In this document: piece by piece, positions 10,738 to 20,675 of the stretch
Layout: each line of letters begins with the position of its first letter
Numbering within the stretch: position 1 is the first letter of the stretch
DNA from: Candidatus Harrisonbacteria bacterium
GTDB lineage: Bacteria > Patescibacteriota > Minisyncoccia > UBA6257 > 02-FULL-45-10c
Assembly (NCBI GenBank): GCA_016214655.1
Contig: JACROC010000004.1
Coordinates: forward strand, 26,084-90,083
DNA length: 64,000 bases
Reading direction: 5' to 3'
Made by a program: the position numbers and the translations under genes
Notes under the pieces: model-generated
Seen by the model: only the letters and a program-made list of their open reading frames with translations
Databases searched by the model: none
Told to the model about the DNA's origin: nothing

Positions 10738-10743
10738 AGAATG

Positions 10744-10815
10744 TGGGTGTGGAAGGAATCGGACCTTCGGCCTCTGTCTTATCAGGACAGCGTTCTACCA
10801 CTGAACTACACACCC
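10744..10815 (-). tRNA. tRNA-Ile(GAT); CCA not encoded
   Basis: Reverse complement GGGTGTGTAGTTCAGTGGTAGAACGCTGTCCTGATAAGACAG...CCACACCCA has anticodon loop CTGATAA. Confidence 0.8.
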
Positions 10816-11007
10816 TATTTTTTAAGTACTTCCTCTGCTTTCCCAATCTGGAATCGCACTACCGCCGCCTGTTCGACGGTTGTCCCTGAAAAGGCGCGAT
10901 TCAGTGTTCCAACTAAAAACTGAATGACAACCATCGAATACGCGGCAACTATGATAAACAGTAAAATACCAATTGTTAAAAAAGTCAATTGTCGCTTATT
11001 GTTCATA

Positions 11008-11574
11008 TTATTGCGAAAATACTTTTCCCCTCATGGTTATCTCAAATTCTTTCCCCTTTTGAATCAAATCCAGTAGGGTAAAGTTTACAAAGTATTGTCC
11101 GCTTTCTGCGGCTTTTAGAAAACGCAAAAAATTAGAATAGGATCCGTTGCTGGTTATTGTAAAATTATTAATTCCTGGCGCTAAGTCGGTAGACAAAACT
11201 TCCGACTCAAATTGAAAGCCGAAACCCAGCTGATTATCCTTAGCCAAATTCTCAAGATTTTTAGAAAAACCTATAAGCTGATCCTTGGTCGGAAGGGAAT
11301 TTTGCAGTTGATCGGATAATTTTTTGGCCCGTTCGGAATCAAAACGTAGAGTTGCCAGATAATTGAATACCTCGGACCGCTCTACCAAATCCCGCCTCTG
11401 CCGGATTACAGTGTCCAGTCTGCGGGAAATATCATTACCCAAAAGAATGGTTAATGCCACTAAAGCTAAAATTACACCGGACGCCACTCCGATATTCTTC
11501 AAAAGCCACCGATTAAAGTCAGTCATATTATTACTTTTATTGTACAATAATAATGGCCCTTGCCAAATTAACAA
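11008..11574 (-). CDS. hypothetical membrane-anchored protein (N-terminal TM plus coiled-coil; PilO/PilN-like topology)
   Basis: 188 aa with one N-terminal TM helix followed by a coiled-coil-rich region. No confident family assignment. Confidence 0.35.
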   Translation of the reverse strand: MLIWQGPLLLYNKSNNMTDFNRWLLKNIGVASGVILALVALTILLGNDISRRLDTVIRQRRDLVERSEVFNYLATLRFDSERAKKLSDQLQNSLPTKDQLIGFSKNLENLAKDNQLGFGFQFESEVLSTDLAPGINNFTITSNGSYSNFLRFLKAAESGQYFVNFTLLDLIQKGKEFEITMRGKVFSQ

Positions 11575-11601
11575 CTATATTACTATATTATATCAATATA
11601 T

Positions 11602-12615
11602 ATGAACAGCCAGCATAAGTATTACAACGCCCTGAATATCGTCTGTGGAGGCGATTATACCGAAATCAAAAGGACACTGGCAAAATCGCAAAACGCCCTA
11701 AAAACCTTAAACAAAAAAAGTGGTGTTGACGCGGAAAAAGAGTGGCAGCGCCTGGAAAAATTGGGAGCTTCTTTAATTTTAAAAGAGGATGACAACTATC
11801 CGGATCTCCTAAAACAAATCCCTTGGCCGCCCTTCGGCATCTACACCCTTGGGAACATCAATTATCCAACGCCGGCCATCGCAATCGTTGGCACGCGGTC
11901 AGCCACCCCTCAAGGAAAAGAATTATCAAGATATTTTGCCAACAACCTGGCGGCCGCCGGCCTGCCAATCATCAGCGGTTTAGCAATGGGCATTGATGAA
12001 CAAGCGCATCATGGGACCCTAGAAGCCGGTGGTAAAACCATTGCAGTTTTAGGAACTCCGTTAAATCGCCTCTACCCAAAACAAAACGAGCGGCTGGCCC
12101 TGGAAATATTAGGTAAAGATGGCGGGATAATTTCAGAGTTTCCACTGACACAAGAATACCACCCGCAAAATTTTTTAATCCGGAACAGAATAATCAGCGG
12201 CCTAACCAACGGTATATTGGTAATTGAAGCCCCGGAAAAATCCGGATCCCTGGCAACAGCCAAATTTGCGCTGGAACAAAACCGTGAAGTGTTTGTAATA
12301 CCCGGAAACATTGGAGCAAAAAATTACAAGGGCTCCAATGAACTAATCAAAGCCGGCGCTACGCCGGTAACCAGCCCGGACGATATATTAAATTATTTCA
12401 ACATCAATATCACCCAACAACGCAAGGAAAAAAATAATAAAACTGCGAATCCAGAAGAAAAAGCAATAATTGAATTGTTAAAAAATGGAGATAAATTAAC
12501 CGCTGAACAATTATGGCGCAATACTAAAATAGAAATAGCCAGCCTTAACAAAAATTTAGCCAAGTTAACGGTAAAGGGTATAATTAAAGAATCTAACGGA
12601 AAATATTATCTATGA
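11602..12615 (+). CDS. dprA: DNA processing protein DprA (Smf)
   Basis: 337 aa. The Rossmann-like DprA core reads GTRSATPQG...GLAMGIDEQAHHGTLEAGGKTIAVLGTPLNRLYP. Confidence 0.85.
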   Translation: MNSQHKYYNALNIVCGGDYTEIKRTLAKSQNALKTLNKKSGVDAEKEWQRLEKLGASLILKEDDNYPDLLKQIPWPPFGIYTLGNINYPTPAIAIVGTRSATPQGKELSRYFANNLAAAGLPIISGLAMGIDEQAHHGTLEAGGKTIAVLGTPLNRLYPKQNERLALEILGKDGGIISEFPLTQEYHPQNFLIRNRIISGLTNGILVIEAPEKSGSLATAKFALEQNREVFVIPGNIGAKNYKGSNELIKAGATPVTSPDDILNYFNINITQQRKEKNNKTANPEEKAIIELLKNGDKLTAEQLWRNTKIEIASLNKNLAKLTVKGIIKESNGKYYL

Positions 12616-14642
12616 AGCTCATTATTGTAGAGTCGCCAACTAAAGCCAAGACGATTTTTAAATTTATCAAAGGCGATTATCAGATAGAATCTTCCTACGG
12701 CCACATCCGCGATCTGCCCAAAAGCAAACTGGGAATTGATGTTGTGCATAATTTTGAACCGCAATACATCATCCCAATGAAGGCCAAAAAGGTGGTTAAC
12801 GGCCTTAAAAAAGCCGCGGCCGCCAGCGAGGGAGTAGTCCTGGCAAGCGATGAAGACCGCGAAGGAGAAGCGATTGCCTGGCATCTTATACAGGCGCTCG
12901 GCCTGAAAGACGAGAAAATTGAACGGATTGTTTTCCATGAAATCACCAAAAGCGCGATTGAAGAAGCGCTGAAAAACCCGCGAAAAATCAATGTAAACTT
13001 AGTGGACGCCCAGCAGGGCCGCAGGATTCTGGACCGCCTGGTCGGATACAAGCTCTCCCCATTTCTTTGGGAAAAAATTGCCCGGGGCCTTTCCGCCGGC
13101 CGCGTCCAATCGGCAGCGGTCCGCCTGATCGTAGAACGCGAAGAGGAAATTAAAAAATTCAAACCGGAAGAATACTGGACTCTATCAATTATATTCCAGA
13201 AAGAAACCGGCGAAACATTCGAGGCTTCGCTTCATAAGATAAACGAAAAGTCAGTTGAAAAATTCGATTTAAAAGATGAGTCTTCCGTTAATACAATTCT
13301 CAATGACTTAAAACAGACATTATTCCAGATAACCAACATAGAACGCAAAGAAACCCGCAAAAATCCGTCACCGCCATTCACCACTAGCACCCTGCAGCAG
13401 TCGGCCTCAAAACGGCTCGGATTCTCCGCAAAAAAAACCATGCTGATGGCTCAGCGCCTCTATGAAAAAGGCCTGATAACCTATATGAGAACCGATTCAG
13501 TAAATCTTTCCAAAGAATCATTGATCGCCGCTAAAGATTGGTTGGGAAAAGAATTGGGTCCGGAATATGCGGTCCAAGCGCCAAGGACATTCACCACTAA
13601 ATCGCGTTTAGCTCAGGAAGCCCACGAAGCCATACGGCCAACTGATATCAGAAAATTACCAGTCACCAAAAACATAAAAGAGCCGGGAGAAAAAAAGTTA
13701 TATGAATTAATCTGGACCAGATTTGTAGCTTCGCAGATGCCGCAAGCCTTATTCGATGCCACCCAGATAGATATCCGCAGCGGCAACTATCTGTTCAGGG
13801 CCAATGGCAACATCCTTAAATTTGACGGGTTCTTAAAAATCTGGGGGCAAAAATTTGAAGAGAAGGAATTGCCAAGTTTAATCCAGAATGAAACGTTGTC
13901 TGCAAAAGAATTCAAGCCAGAACAGCATTTTACTGAACCGCTACCCAGATACAATGAGGCCAGTTTAATCAAGGCGCTGGAGGAATATGGCATTGGCCGG
14001 CCCTCCACTTATGCTCCGATTATCTCCGTCATCCAAGATCGCCATTATGTTGAAAAACAAAATGGAAAATTTTTTCCGACCGAAATGGGTATTTTAGTCA
14101 ATAAAGTCCTGACGGAGAACTTCCCGGAAATAGTAGATATCGGCTTCACGGCTAAGATGGAGGGGGAATTGGATGAAATAGCGGAAGGAAAAAAGGATTG
14201 GCACGAAATTATTAAAACTTTCTATGAACCTTTTGCAAAAAATCTGGAAACGAAATATAAAGATGTATCCAAAGAAAAATTAATGATCAGCGAAAAGACA
14301 GATGTGCAATGTGATAAATGCGGTAAACCAATGGTAGTAAAATTTAGCCGCTTCGGAAAATTTCTGGCCTGCTCCGGTTTCCCAGAATGCAGAAATACTA
14401 AGCAAATAAAAGAAGAGCCGAAAAAAATCGGGATGCATTGTCCGAAATGCAGTGAAGGGGAAATAGTTGAACGCAAGGTGTCCAGAGGAAGAGTCCGCGG
14501 AAAAATTTTCTGGGGATGCTTAAGGTATCCAAAATGCGATTATGCATCTTGGACCAATCCACTCAATCTCCCGGTGGAAAAACTTACTGAAGATAAGGTT
14601 GAAGAAGGGGCTGGGGATAATAGTCAAGAAAATCAAGAATAG
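12612..14642 (+). CDS. topA: DNA topoisomerase I
   Basis: 676 aa. It has a TOPRIM N-terminus (MKLIIVESPTKAKTI...GHIRDLP) and C-terminal C4 zinc ribbons. Its start overlaps the dprA stop. Confidence 0.9.
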   Translation: MKLIIVESPTKAKTIFKFIKGDYQIESSYGHIRDLPKSKLGIDVVHNFEPQYIIPMKAKKVVNGLKKAAAASEGVVLASDEDREGEAIAWHLIQALGLKDEKIERIVFHEITKSAIEEALKNPRKINVNLVDAQQGRRILDRLVGYKLSPFLWEKIARGLSAGRVQSAAVRLIVEREEEIKKFKPEEYWTLSIIFQKETGETFEASLHKINEKSVEKFDLKDESSVNTILNDLKQTLFQITNIERKETRKNPSPPFTTSTLQQSASKRLGFSAKKTMLMAQRLYEKGLITYMRTDSVNLSKESLIAAKDWLGKELGPEYAVQAPRTFTTKSRLAQEAHEAIRPTDIRKLPVTKNIKEPGEKKLYELIWTRFVASQMPQALFDATQIDIRSGNYLFRANGNILKFDGFLKIWGQKFEEKELPSLIQNETLSAKEFKPEQHFTEPLPRYNEASLIKALEEYGIGRPSTYAPIISVIQDRHYVEKQNGKFFPTEMGILVNKVLTENFPEIVDIGFTAKMEGELDEIAEGKKDWHEIIKTFYEPFAKNLETKYKDVSKEKLMISEKTDVQCDKCGKPMVVKFSRFGKFLACSGFPECRNTKQIKEEPKKIGMHCPKCSEGEIVERKVSRGRVRGKIFWGCLRYPKCDYASWTNPLNLPVEKLTEDKVEEGAGDNSQENQE

Positions 14643-14712
14643 TGAATTAGGAATTAGGAAGTGAGTTTAAAATAAATTTCTTAATTCATAACTCCTTATT
14701 CATAATTCACTT
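14643..14712. repeat. imperfect inverted repeat in the topA-rel intergenic region
   Basis: GTGAATTAGGAATTAGGAAGTGAG ... CATAACTCCTTATTCATAATTCAC. The arms are roughly 75 percent complementary. Confidence 0.3.
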
Positions 14713-16404
14713 ATGTCGACCCCCAAAATCCAAGAACTTATCAAAAATAATGATTTCATCCGAAGGGCCTATGATCTTGCAAAAAAACAGCATGAGGGGC
14801 AAAAACGGCAAACTGGCGATCCGTATTTCAACCATGTCTCACAGACGGCAGAGTTTGTCGCCCAGTGGGGATTAGACCAGACTGCCATCGCCGCCGCCCT
14901 ACTGCACGACACGGTAGAAGATACCGGCTATTCTCTGGAGAAAATAAAAACGGAATTTGGTGAAGAAGTATCGTTTCTGGTTGATGGCGTAACTAAACTT
15001 GGTAAAATAAAATACCGGGGGGTGGAGAGACAGGTGGAAAACCTGCGGAAAATGATCTTGGCCCTAAGCCAAGATATTAGAGTTATTATCGTCAAACTCG
15101 CAGACCGCCTGCACAACATGCAAACCCTGAATGCTGTTCCCCCGCAAAAACAAAAGCGCATCGCCCTGGAAACAATGGAGATCTACGCTCCCCTGGCTTA
15201 TCGCCTTGGAATGCAAAAAATCAGCGGGGAATTGGAGGATTTATCTTTCCCCTACATCTACCCCAGAGAATACCGCTGGCTAATCGAACATGCCAAAGAG
15301 AAATATGAGGAACGGGAACGCTATACAGAGAAGGTAAAGCCGATCGTCATGGAAGCCATCAAAAAGGCTGGGATTGACGCATTGATGATTGATTCACGGG
15401 CAAAAAGATATTCCAGTCTCTATAAAAAATTACTGCGTTATGATATGGATATTGAAAAAATTTACGATTTAGTCGCCCTGAGAATAGTAGTCAAATCGGT
15501 AGCGGATTGTTATGCAGTGCTGGGAATCATCCACAATCTTTGGCCGCCCCTACCAAATCGGATCAAAGATTATATTGCCTTGCCCAAACCGAATGGCTAC
15601 CGCAGTATCCACACCACTGTATTCTGCGTTGATAATAAAATAACCGAAATCCAAATCCGCACCCAAGAAATGCACGATGAAGCGGAAACTGGCATCGCCG
15701 CCCATTGGGCATATGAACAATTCAAAGGCACTGAGGATTATTTGGATAAGAAATCCGTAACCGCAAACAAAAAAGAGCTCCAATGGGTTCAACAACTCAG
15801 AAGCTGGCAAAAAGAATTTGCACACCCGGAAGAATTTTTAGAATCCTTAAAAATAGATTTTTTCAAGGACCGTATTTTTGCCATCACCCCAAAAGGAGAA
15901 GTTATTGATTTGCCATCCGGCGCAACCCCAGTCGATTTTGCTTACCAAATCCACACCGAAATCGGCAACAGCTGCACCGGAGCAAAAGTAAATGGAAAAA
16001 TTGTATCCCTGGATTATCGTCTCCGGTCCGGAGATATCGTAGATATTATAACTCAGAAAAATAAAAAACCCTCGGAATCCTGGATTAACTTCATTAAAAC
16101 CTCTCATGCCCGGAATCATATCCGCGCAGCCATAAAAGGAAAAACTGTCCAGTTAAGCAAAAGGGAGCCAAAAGAAGTGGAGTTAAAAATCGTAGTGGAA
16201 GACCGGGTTGGCCTGCTTAAAGACGTCACTGTCATTATTTCCAGATCTCATATCAATATAATAGCAATCAATACCATCACCAATGCTAAATTCCCAATTC
16301 TGAAAATCCGTTGCGATATTACTAATAAAGAAAAAATAGAAAAATTGCTGGTAAAACTAAAGAAATTGAAAGAGATTAAAGAGATCGGCTATCAGCTGAT
16401 TTAA
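14713..16404 (+). CDS. rel: bifunctional (p)ppGpp synthetase/hydrolase, RelA/SpoT family
   Basis: 563 aa. It has an HD domain (HDTVEDT), a synthetase domain, a TGS-like region and a C-terminal ACT-like segment. Confidence 0.85.
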   Translation: MSTPKIQELIKNNDFIRRAYDLAKKQHEGQKRQTGDPYFNHVSQTAEFVAQWGLDQTAIAAALLHDTVEDTGYSLEKIKTEFGEEVSFLVDGVTKLGKIKYRGVERQVENLRKMILALSQDIRVIIVKLADRLHNMQTLNAVPPQKQKRIALETMEIYAPLAYRLGMQKISGELEDLSFPYIYPREYRWLIEHAKEKYEERERYTEKVKPIVMEAIKKAGIDALMIDSRAKRYSSLYKKLLRYDMDIEKIYDLVALRIVVKSVADCYAVLGIIHNLWPPLPNRIKDYIALPKPNGYRSIHTTVFCVDNKITEIQIRTQEMHDEAETGIAAHWAYEQFKGTEDYLDKKSVTANKKELQWVQQLRSWQKEFAHPEEFLESLKIDFFKDRIFAITPKGEVIDLPSGATPVDFAYQIHTEIGNSCTGAKVNGKIVSLDYRLRSGDIVDIITQKNKKPSESWINFIKTSHARNHIRAAIKGKTVQLSKREPKEVELKIVVEDRVGLLKDVTVIISRSHINIIAINTITNAKFPILKIRCDITNKEKIEKLLVKLKKLKEIKEIGYQLI

Positions 16405-16416
16405 AGATGGGTTCTG

Positions 16417-17316
16417 CTAAACCACGAATCCTCCCTGATCCATTGGCGGTAAGTCTGCCTTGCTTTCGGCTTCCGATTTAACTTGAGTTAATTTTTGGAT
16501 AATCCCCTGCAATTCTTCCGGTGAATAAAAACTAATCATTAATTTTCCTCCCTGCCCGTCTTTCTGAAGCTTAACCTTGGTACCCAACGCTTCCCTCAGC
16601 CGTTCTTCCAAATGTTCCAATTCGGGGTCTCCGATGAGCGGCGCCGATAAAAACGGCTTTTCCTTCTTAACCTGAATTCTGCTTCTAAGCTCCCGCACAC
16701 TTAAGTTATTATTCACCAGATCGTCAAAAATCGTTTGCTGTTCCTTCAGATCTGAAACCATAAGTAAAAGCCGGGCTTGGCTTTCATTAATTTGTCCGCC
16801 GGCAACCGCGTCTTGAATGTGGGATGGCAGATTTAAAAGCCGAATGACATTAGCAACTACCTCTCGGCTTTTGCCCACCCTAACCGCGATTTCCCGCTGA
16901 GTTAAACCGAATTGATCCTGAAGCTTGGCATAAGCCCGGGCAGTTTCAATCGGATTCAAATTCTCTCTTTGAATATTTTCAATAATCGCCATTTCCAGGC
17001 GCTCCTGCTCCGTTGGCATTTTCTTAACAATGGCCGGCACCCTCTCCAAGCCAATCATTTTAGCTGCCCGCCAGCGCCTTTCTCCGGAAATAAGGTGATA
17101 CTCGACAGTAGTCCCAAATTCAGTTGTCAATTCATGCTTAGTCACCACCAATGGATGCAATAAACCGAATTCCCTGATAGAACCAGCTAACTCCTTAAGC
17201 GCCTCTTCATCAAAGTCTCTTCTTGGTTGATGAGGATTGGGTCTAATCTTGTCTACCTCTATATGAAAAATCGGATCCGGCGCCTTTAATTGAGGCTCAA
17301 ATTGATTATTTTGCAT
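16417..17316 (-). CDS. parB: chromosome partitioning protein ParB/Spo0J
   Basis: 299 aa. The ParB box reads GLLHPLVV...GERRWRAAKMIGLERVPAIV and an HTH is present. Confidence 0.85.
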   Translation of the reverse strand: MQNNQFEPQLKAPDPIFHIEVDKIRPNPHQPRRDFDEEALKELAGSIREFGLLHPLVVTKHELTTEFGTTVEYHLISGERRWRAAKMIGLERVPAIVKKMPTEQERLEMAIIENIQRENLNPIETARAYAKLQDQFGLTQREIAVRVGKSREVVANVIRLLNLPSHIQDAVAGGQINESQARLLLMVSDLKEQQTIFDDLVNNNLSVRELRSRIQVKKEKPFLSAPLIGDPELEHLEERLREALGTKVKLQKDGQGGKLMISFYSPEELQGIIQKLTQVKSEAESKADLPPMDQGGFVV

Positions 17317-17359
17317 ATTTTATATTATACTTTAAAACAATCACCTAATAAAATGTAAT

Positions 17360-17444
17360 GCCGCCGTGGTGGAATTGGCAGACACGCACGACTCAAAATC
17401 GTGTGCTGAAAAGCATGTCGGTTCGACTCCGACCGGCGGCACCA
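17360..17444 (+). tRNA. tRNA-Leu(CAA), type II; CCA encoded
   Basis: GCCGCCGTGGTGGAATTGGCAGACACGCACGACTCAAAATCGTG...CGGCGGCACCA has anticodon loop CTCAAAA and a long variable arm. Confidence 0.85.
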
Positions 17445-17454
17445 AAATATTAAA

Positions 17455-17479
17455 ACCTGCTGTAAAGCAGGTTTTTTTA
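17455..17479 (+). terminator. rho-independent terminator after tRNA-Leu(CAA)
   Basis: CCTGCTGTAAAGCAGG followed by TTTTTTT. Confidence 0.55.
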
Positions 17480-18943
17480 TTAAGGTCTAAATTCAAAATT
17501 ACCAGGAAAACGGTGTCGCTTAGCATTCGGGTCATACGGCCCAAAGACTGTATGGGAAGAAAAGGGATTATTGATGCCGCCAAAATAAATAACTTTGGTT
17601 ATAGTCTTAGCGCTCTGCCAATCAAAATCCTGCAATTGCCTGCGTAAATTATTATCTCTCAGGCAGCGCCGGATAAACTCTCCCCTGCTCCTGGCCCGAG
17701 TTTGCGGAGCGTTAACAACCATTTCTTGAACCATTTTCGGATCAACCAAATGCTTTATCAAACCCCTCTCATTCAGCAGAGCAAATATGCTCTTCCGGGG
17801 AGAAGCGCTGATATTGTGGTATTCCATATTAATTTTAAATGCCTCCGAACTGTTAAGACCAAAATGCCATTTCTTCATTTGGTTTTCCAATAAAAACCAT
17901 TTGGTTGCCCAATCCAATTCGCCAACTAATTTTCTGACCGCCTTCGCTTTAAGTAATTCCAAAATCCTTTCCCATTCCTCCAAGCACTTTTTTTCCGCTA
18001 CTGATAATGGCTTAAGCTGTCTGGCGGCTCTCAGAAATAAATAATTATATTCAACCGCAGATATGGAGCGAGACTGGAGCTGAAAACGATAATCTAAATC
18101 AAATTTAGTATTAAAGCTATGAATATCAGCTATCGGCCGCTTCAGGGTCAGGCGATGTGGCAAGCGCCAGCCTTCTTCGGCTAAGCGCAAAACTAAATGA
18201 GTTATGGTGTCCACCAGCCAAGTCTGTAATTCACAGCGAGTCGCGTCTCGGGAAATCAAATGCATCCGGCTTAAACCACAGGAAGAATCCATCAACGGCT
18301 CTTCCCTGGTATTAATTATTGCGCGCTCCGCAGTCGTACATGAACCGGCCAGCCGCTCTAAGTGATTAGCGCGCTGGGAAAAACAATAAACAAATTTTCC
18401 TTCGTACACCTCATAGATATGGCCGTTTCCGCTCAAAGGCAGCGTAGCCGGTATAAAATTCAACAATAACCGTATAACCTCTTTCCGTTTCTCGATTGCA
18501 TAGGAATAATTGTGGTGGCTGCCATAGGTAACCTCTATAGAATTTCCTATTTCATCTTCACCAGGACCGACATTATTCTTGTAGAAATTAATTACTTTCA
18601 GGTGCCGGCTGTTAACAACCATTTGCGACGCGCGAAGCAGAATTAATTCGGTAGCCTTCTCTTGTAAAATACCGTCCAATGATCCGGCCAGATGTTCCGC
18701 GCCCGCTGCCTCTAATGACTGCTGATCCTTGTAAATTCTGGAACCGTTAGAAAGCCAATAATTGAAATCGGATTTAAAAGCCAAAGCCGGCGCAACTAAG
18801 GGAATTCTGGTAAGAACGGCGTCAATAATTGAATCTCTCCATTCCGAACGAACTTCATCATCATCCCGACAACTCCGCGGAATGGGAAAAATCGTAAGCC
18901 CATATTCTTGTTCTCGTCCGCAAAGCCGCTCTGGCATCGACAT
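17480..18943 (-). CDS. Pup-ligase family protein (PafA/Dop-like carboxylate-amine ligase), divergent paralog 1
   Basis: It contains the GxExEYG N-terminal motif (LCGREQEYGL) plus FYKNNVGPGE, SHHNYSY, INTREEPLMDSSCGLSRMHLISRDATRCE and PPQTRARSRGEFI. It shares roughly 45-50 percent identity with the adjacent paralog by eye. The ORF runs to 19063, but the likely start is ATG 18943 (MSMPERL). Confidence 0.7.
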   Translation of the reverse strand: MSMPERLCGREQEYGLTIFPIPRSCRDDDEVRSEWRDSIIDAVLTRIPLVAPALAFKSDFNYWLSNGSRIYKDQQSLEAAGAEHLAGSLDGILQEKATELILLRASQMVVNSRHLKVINFYKNNVGPGEDEIGNSIEVTYGSHHNYSYAIEKRKEVIRLLLNFIPATLPLSGNGHIYEVYEGKFVYCFSQRANHLERLAGSCTTAERAIINTREEPLMDSSCGLSRMHLISRDATRCELQTWLVDTITHLVLRLAEEGWRLPHRLTLKRPIADIHSFNTKFDLDYRFQLQSRSISAVEYNYLFLRAARQLKPLSVAEKKCLEEWERILELLKAKAVRKLVGELDWATKWFLLENQMKKWHFGLNSSEAFKINMEYHNISASPRKSIFALLNERGLIKHLVDPKMVQEMVVNAPQTRARSRGEFIRRCLRDNNLRRQLQDFDWQSAKTITKVIYFGGINNPFSSHTVFGPYDPNAKRHRFPGNFEFRP

Positions 18944-19023
18944 TCCTATTTTCAAGAAGCTAGTATCTACTATAATTTGGCTGGCAGCATTTGGCAAACC
19001 CCCGCCACAATAAAAAACCCGCA

Positions 19024-20571
19024 TTACTGCGGGGTATCCTTTTTTAAATTCAAATCCCGACAAAGCTTATCAATAGAAGAACTAGTGGGAACAAACGGGT
19101 TATCCTTTTCGCCAAAATAAATCATATCTTGATAATTATTGAATTTGGCCCCGTCCCAATTGAAACGAGTCACTTGATACCAAAGGCGGGAATTAGTTTT
19201 TATTAATTCCAAAAGATCGCCGCGGCATCTTGCGCGAGTTGGCGGCGGAACCAACATCGTCCGTACAATTTCCTCTTCATCTACTAAATGCTGAATATAT
19301 CCCCGCTCCTCTAATCTCGCATACCAGCTTAGATTCGGATCGTTGCTGATATTATGGTACTCCATGTCAATAAGCCAAGCTTGCGGATCGGATAATTCAA
19401 ATCCCTCCCTTTTCATCTGTCTTCGAAGCAATTTCCATTTGGTAACCCAATCCAGCTTACCGACTAATTTATTAAAGGCCCGAGCCATTAACAATTCCAA
19501 AATTTCCTCCCAAGCCTCCAGAGCTTTCTTTTCATTATCAGAAAGCGGGCTTAATTGTTTCGCCAGATCTAAAAACAAATAATTATATTCAAATAAATCC
19601 TTTTTACCGGACAAAAGAGCCAGATAGGGGACGGCGAGGCGTACCTGATAATCAAAATTGGCTTCCAGTGAAAAATTAATTGCTTCTAATTCTGCTCTCG
19701 GATCCTTTAAATCCGGCGGCAGAACTTTTTCGTCTTCAACCTCCTCGGCTATGCGCAAAACCAAATGCATAATAGCATCCACCAACCAAGTTTGGAATTC
19801 GCAGCGCGTAGCATCATGAGAAATAATATGCAAACGACTCAACCCGCAAGACAGATCCATCAATGGCTCATCACGAGTATTGACGATCCCCCTGTCTCCT
19901 CTCAAAGTACCGGATGATTTAAGAAGATTAATATGGGGTACGCGCTGAGAAAGAGTAAAACAAAACTGATTGCCAACGCCCAAACGATGGCTGCGATAAA
20001 CATGTCCGCTGCCGGTCAAAGGAAGACTGGCCGGAATAAAATTAGTCAGCAAAGCATACACCCTTTCCCTTTTGTTTGTCTGGTAAGAATAATTATGGTG
20101 ACTGGCATAACTCACTTCGTCATAGATATCGCCGCGCTCCCCTGGGCCGACGTTATTCTTAAATAGTGAAAATTCTTGCAATCCTCTCTCTGCGATCACT
20201 TTTTCTAAAGCCCTGTTCAGAATCCTTTCAGAGGCTTTTTCTTGCAAAACACCATCCAGAGAACACGGCTCATATTCGGCGCTAGCAAATTCCAGAATTG
20301 AACCAAGGTCAATATATGTTAAACCTCCATTTCTAAGCCACAAGCGATGATTATTAGATCTGGCGTCAAAAAAATAAGCACTTTCCGATTGCATTATCTT
20401 GAAAATAATTTCACTTACAAACTCGGCTCGCCATTGCTCGCGTAAAGCTTGGACACTCTGCACAAACTCCTGCTGCGTAAGAACAGTTAGGGGCGGGAAG
20501 GGAGGGGGCATAAAAACTGGAATAATCTTCATAGCATATTCCTGCTCGCGGCCCACAAGACGATTCTGCAT
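19024..20571 (-). CDS. Pup-ligase family protein (PafA/Dop-like), divergent paralog 2
   Basis: 515 aa. Motifs: MQNRLVGREQEYAM, LFKNNVGPGE, SHHNYSY, VNTRDEPLMDLSCGLSRLHIISHDATRCE, PPPTRARCRGDLL. The HPEY segment of canonical PafA is replaced by ILEFASAEYEP. Confidence 0.7.
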   Translation of the reverse strand: MQNRLVGREQEYAMKIIPVFMPPPFPPLTVLTQQEFVQSVQALREQWRAEFVSEIIFKIMQSESAYFFDARSNNHRLWLRNGGLTYIDLGSILEFASAEYEPCSLDGVLQEKASERILNRALEKVIAERGLQEFSLFKNNVGPGERGDIYDEVSYASHHNYSYQTNKRERVYALLTNFIPASLPLTGSGHVYRSHRLGVGNQFCFTLSQRVPHINLLKSSGTLRGDRGIVNTRDEPLMDLSCGLSRLHIISHDATRCEFQTWLVDAIMHLVLRIAEEVEDEKVLPPDLKDPRAELEAINFSLEANFDYQVRLAVPYLALLSGKKDLFEYNYLFLDLAKQLSPLSDNEKKALEAWEEILELLMARAFNKLVGKLDWVTKWKLLRRQMKREGFELSDPQAWLIDMEYHNISNDPNLSWYARLEERGYIQHLVDEEEIVRTMLVPPPTRARCRGDLLELIKTNSRLWYQVTRFNWDGAKFNNYQDMIYFGEKDNPFVPTSSSIDKLCRDLNLKKDTPQ

Positions 20572-20635
20572 TTTCTTTCTTATTTTATGTCAAACAACTT
20601 ATACCCACTATACGAGCCAGCCAGAAAAAATACAA

Positions 20636-20667
20636 TAGAATCAAAAGGGTCCGACTGGGTCGGACCG
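20636..20667 (-). terminator. hairpin plus U-run just downstream of the Pup-like gene (possible attenuator or terminator)
   Basis: On the minus strand, GGTCCGACCCAGTCGGACC is followed by CTTTTGATT. Confidence 0.35.
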
Positions 20668-20675
20668 ATATATAA

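Noticed and set aside
10815-11006. 63-aa minus-strand ORF next to tRNA-Ile
   Set aside because: It may be a small TM protein. However, it abuts the tRNA 5' end with no room for a promoter or leader, and it has no conserved features. It is left uncalled.
12606-14476. Minus-strand ORFs (110, 155, 69, 73, 84 aa) inside topA
   Set aside because: They are antisense to topA and have low-complexity translations.
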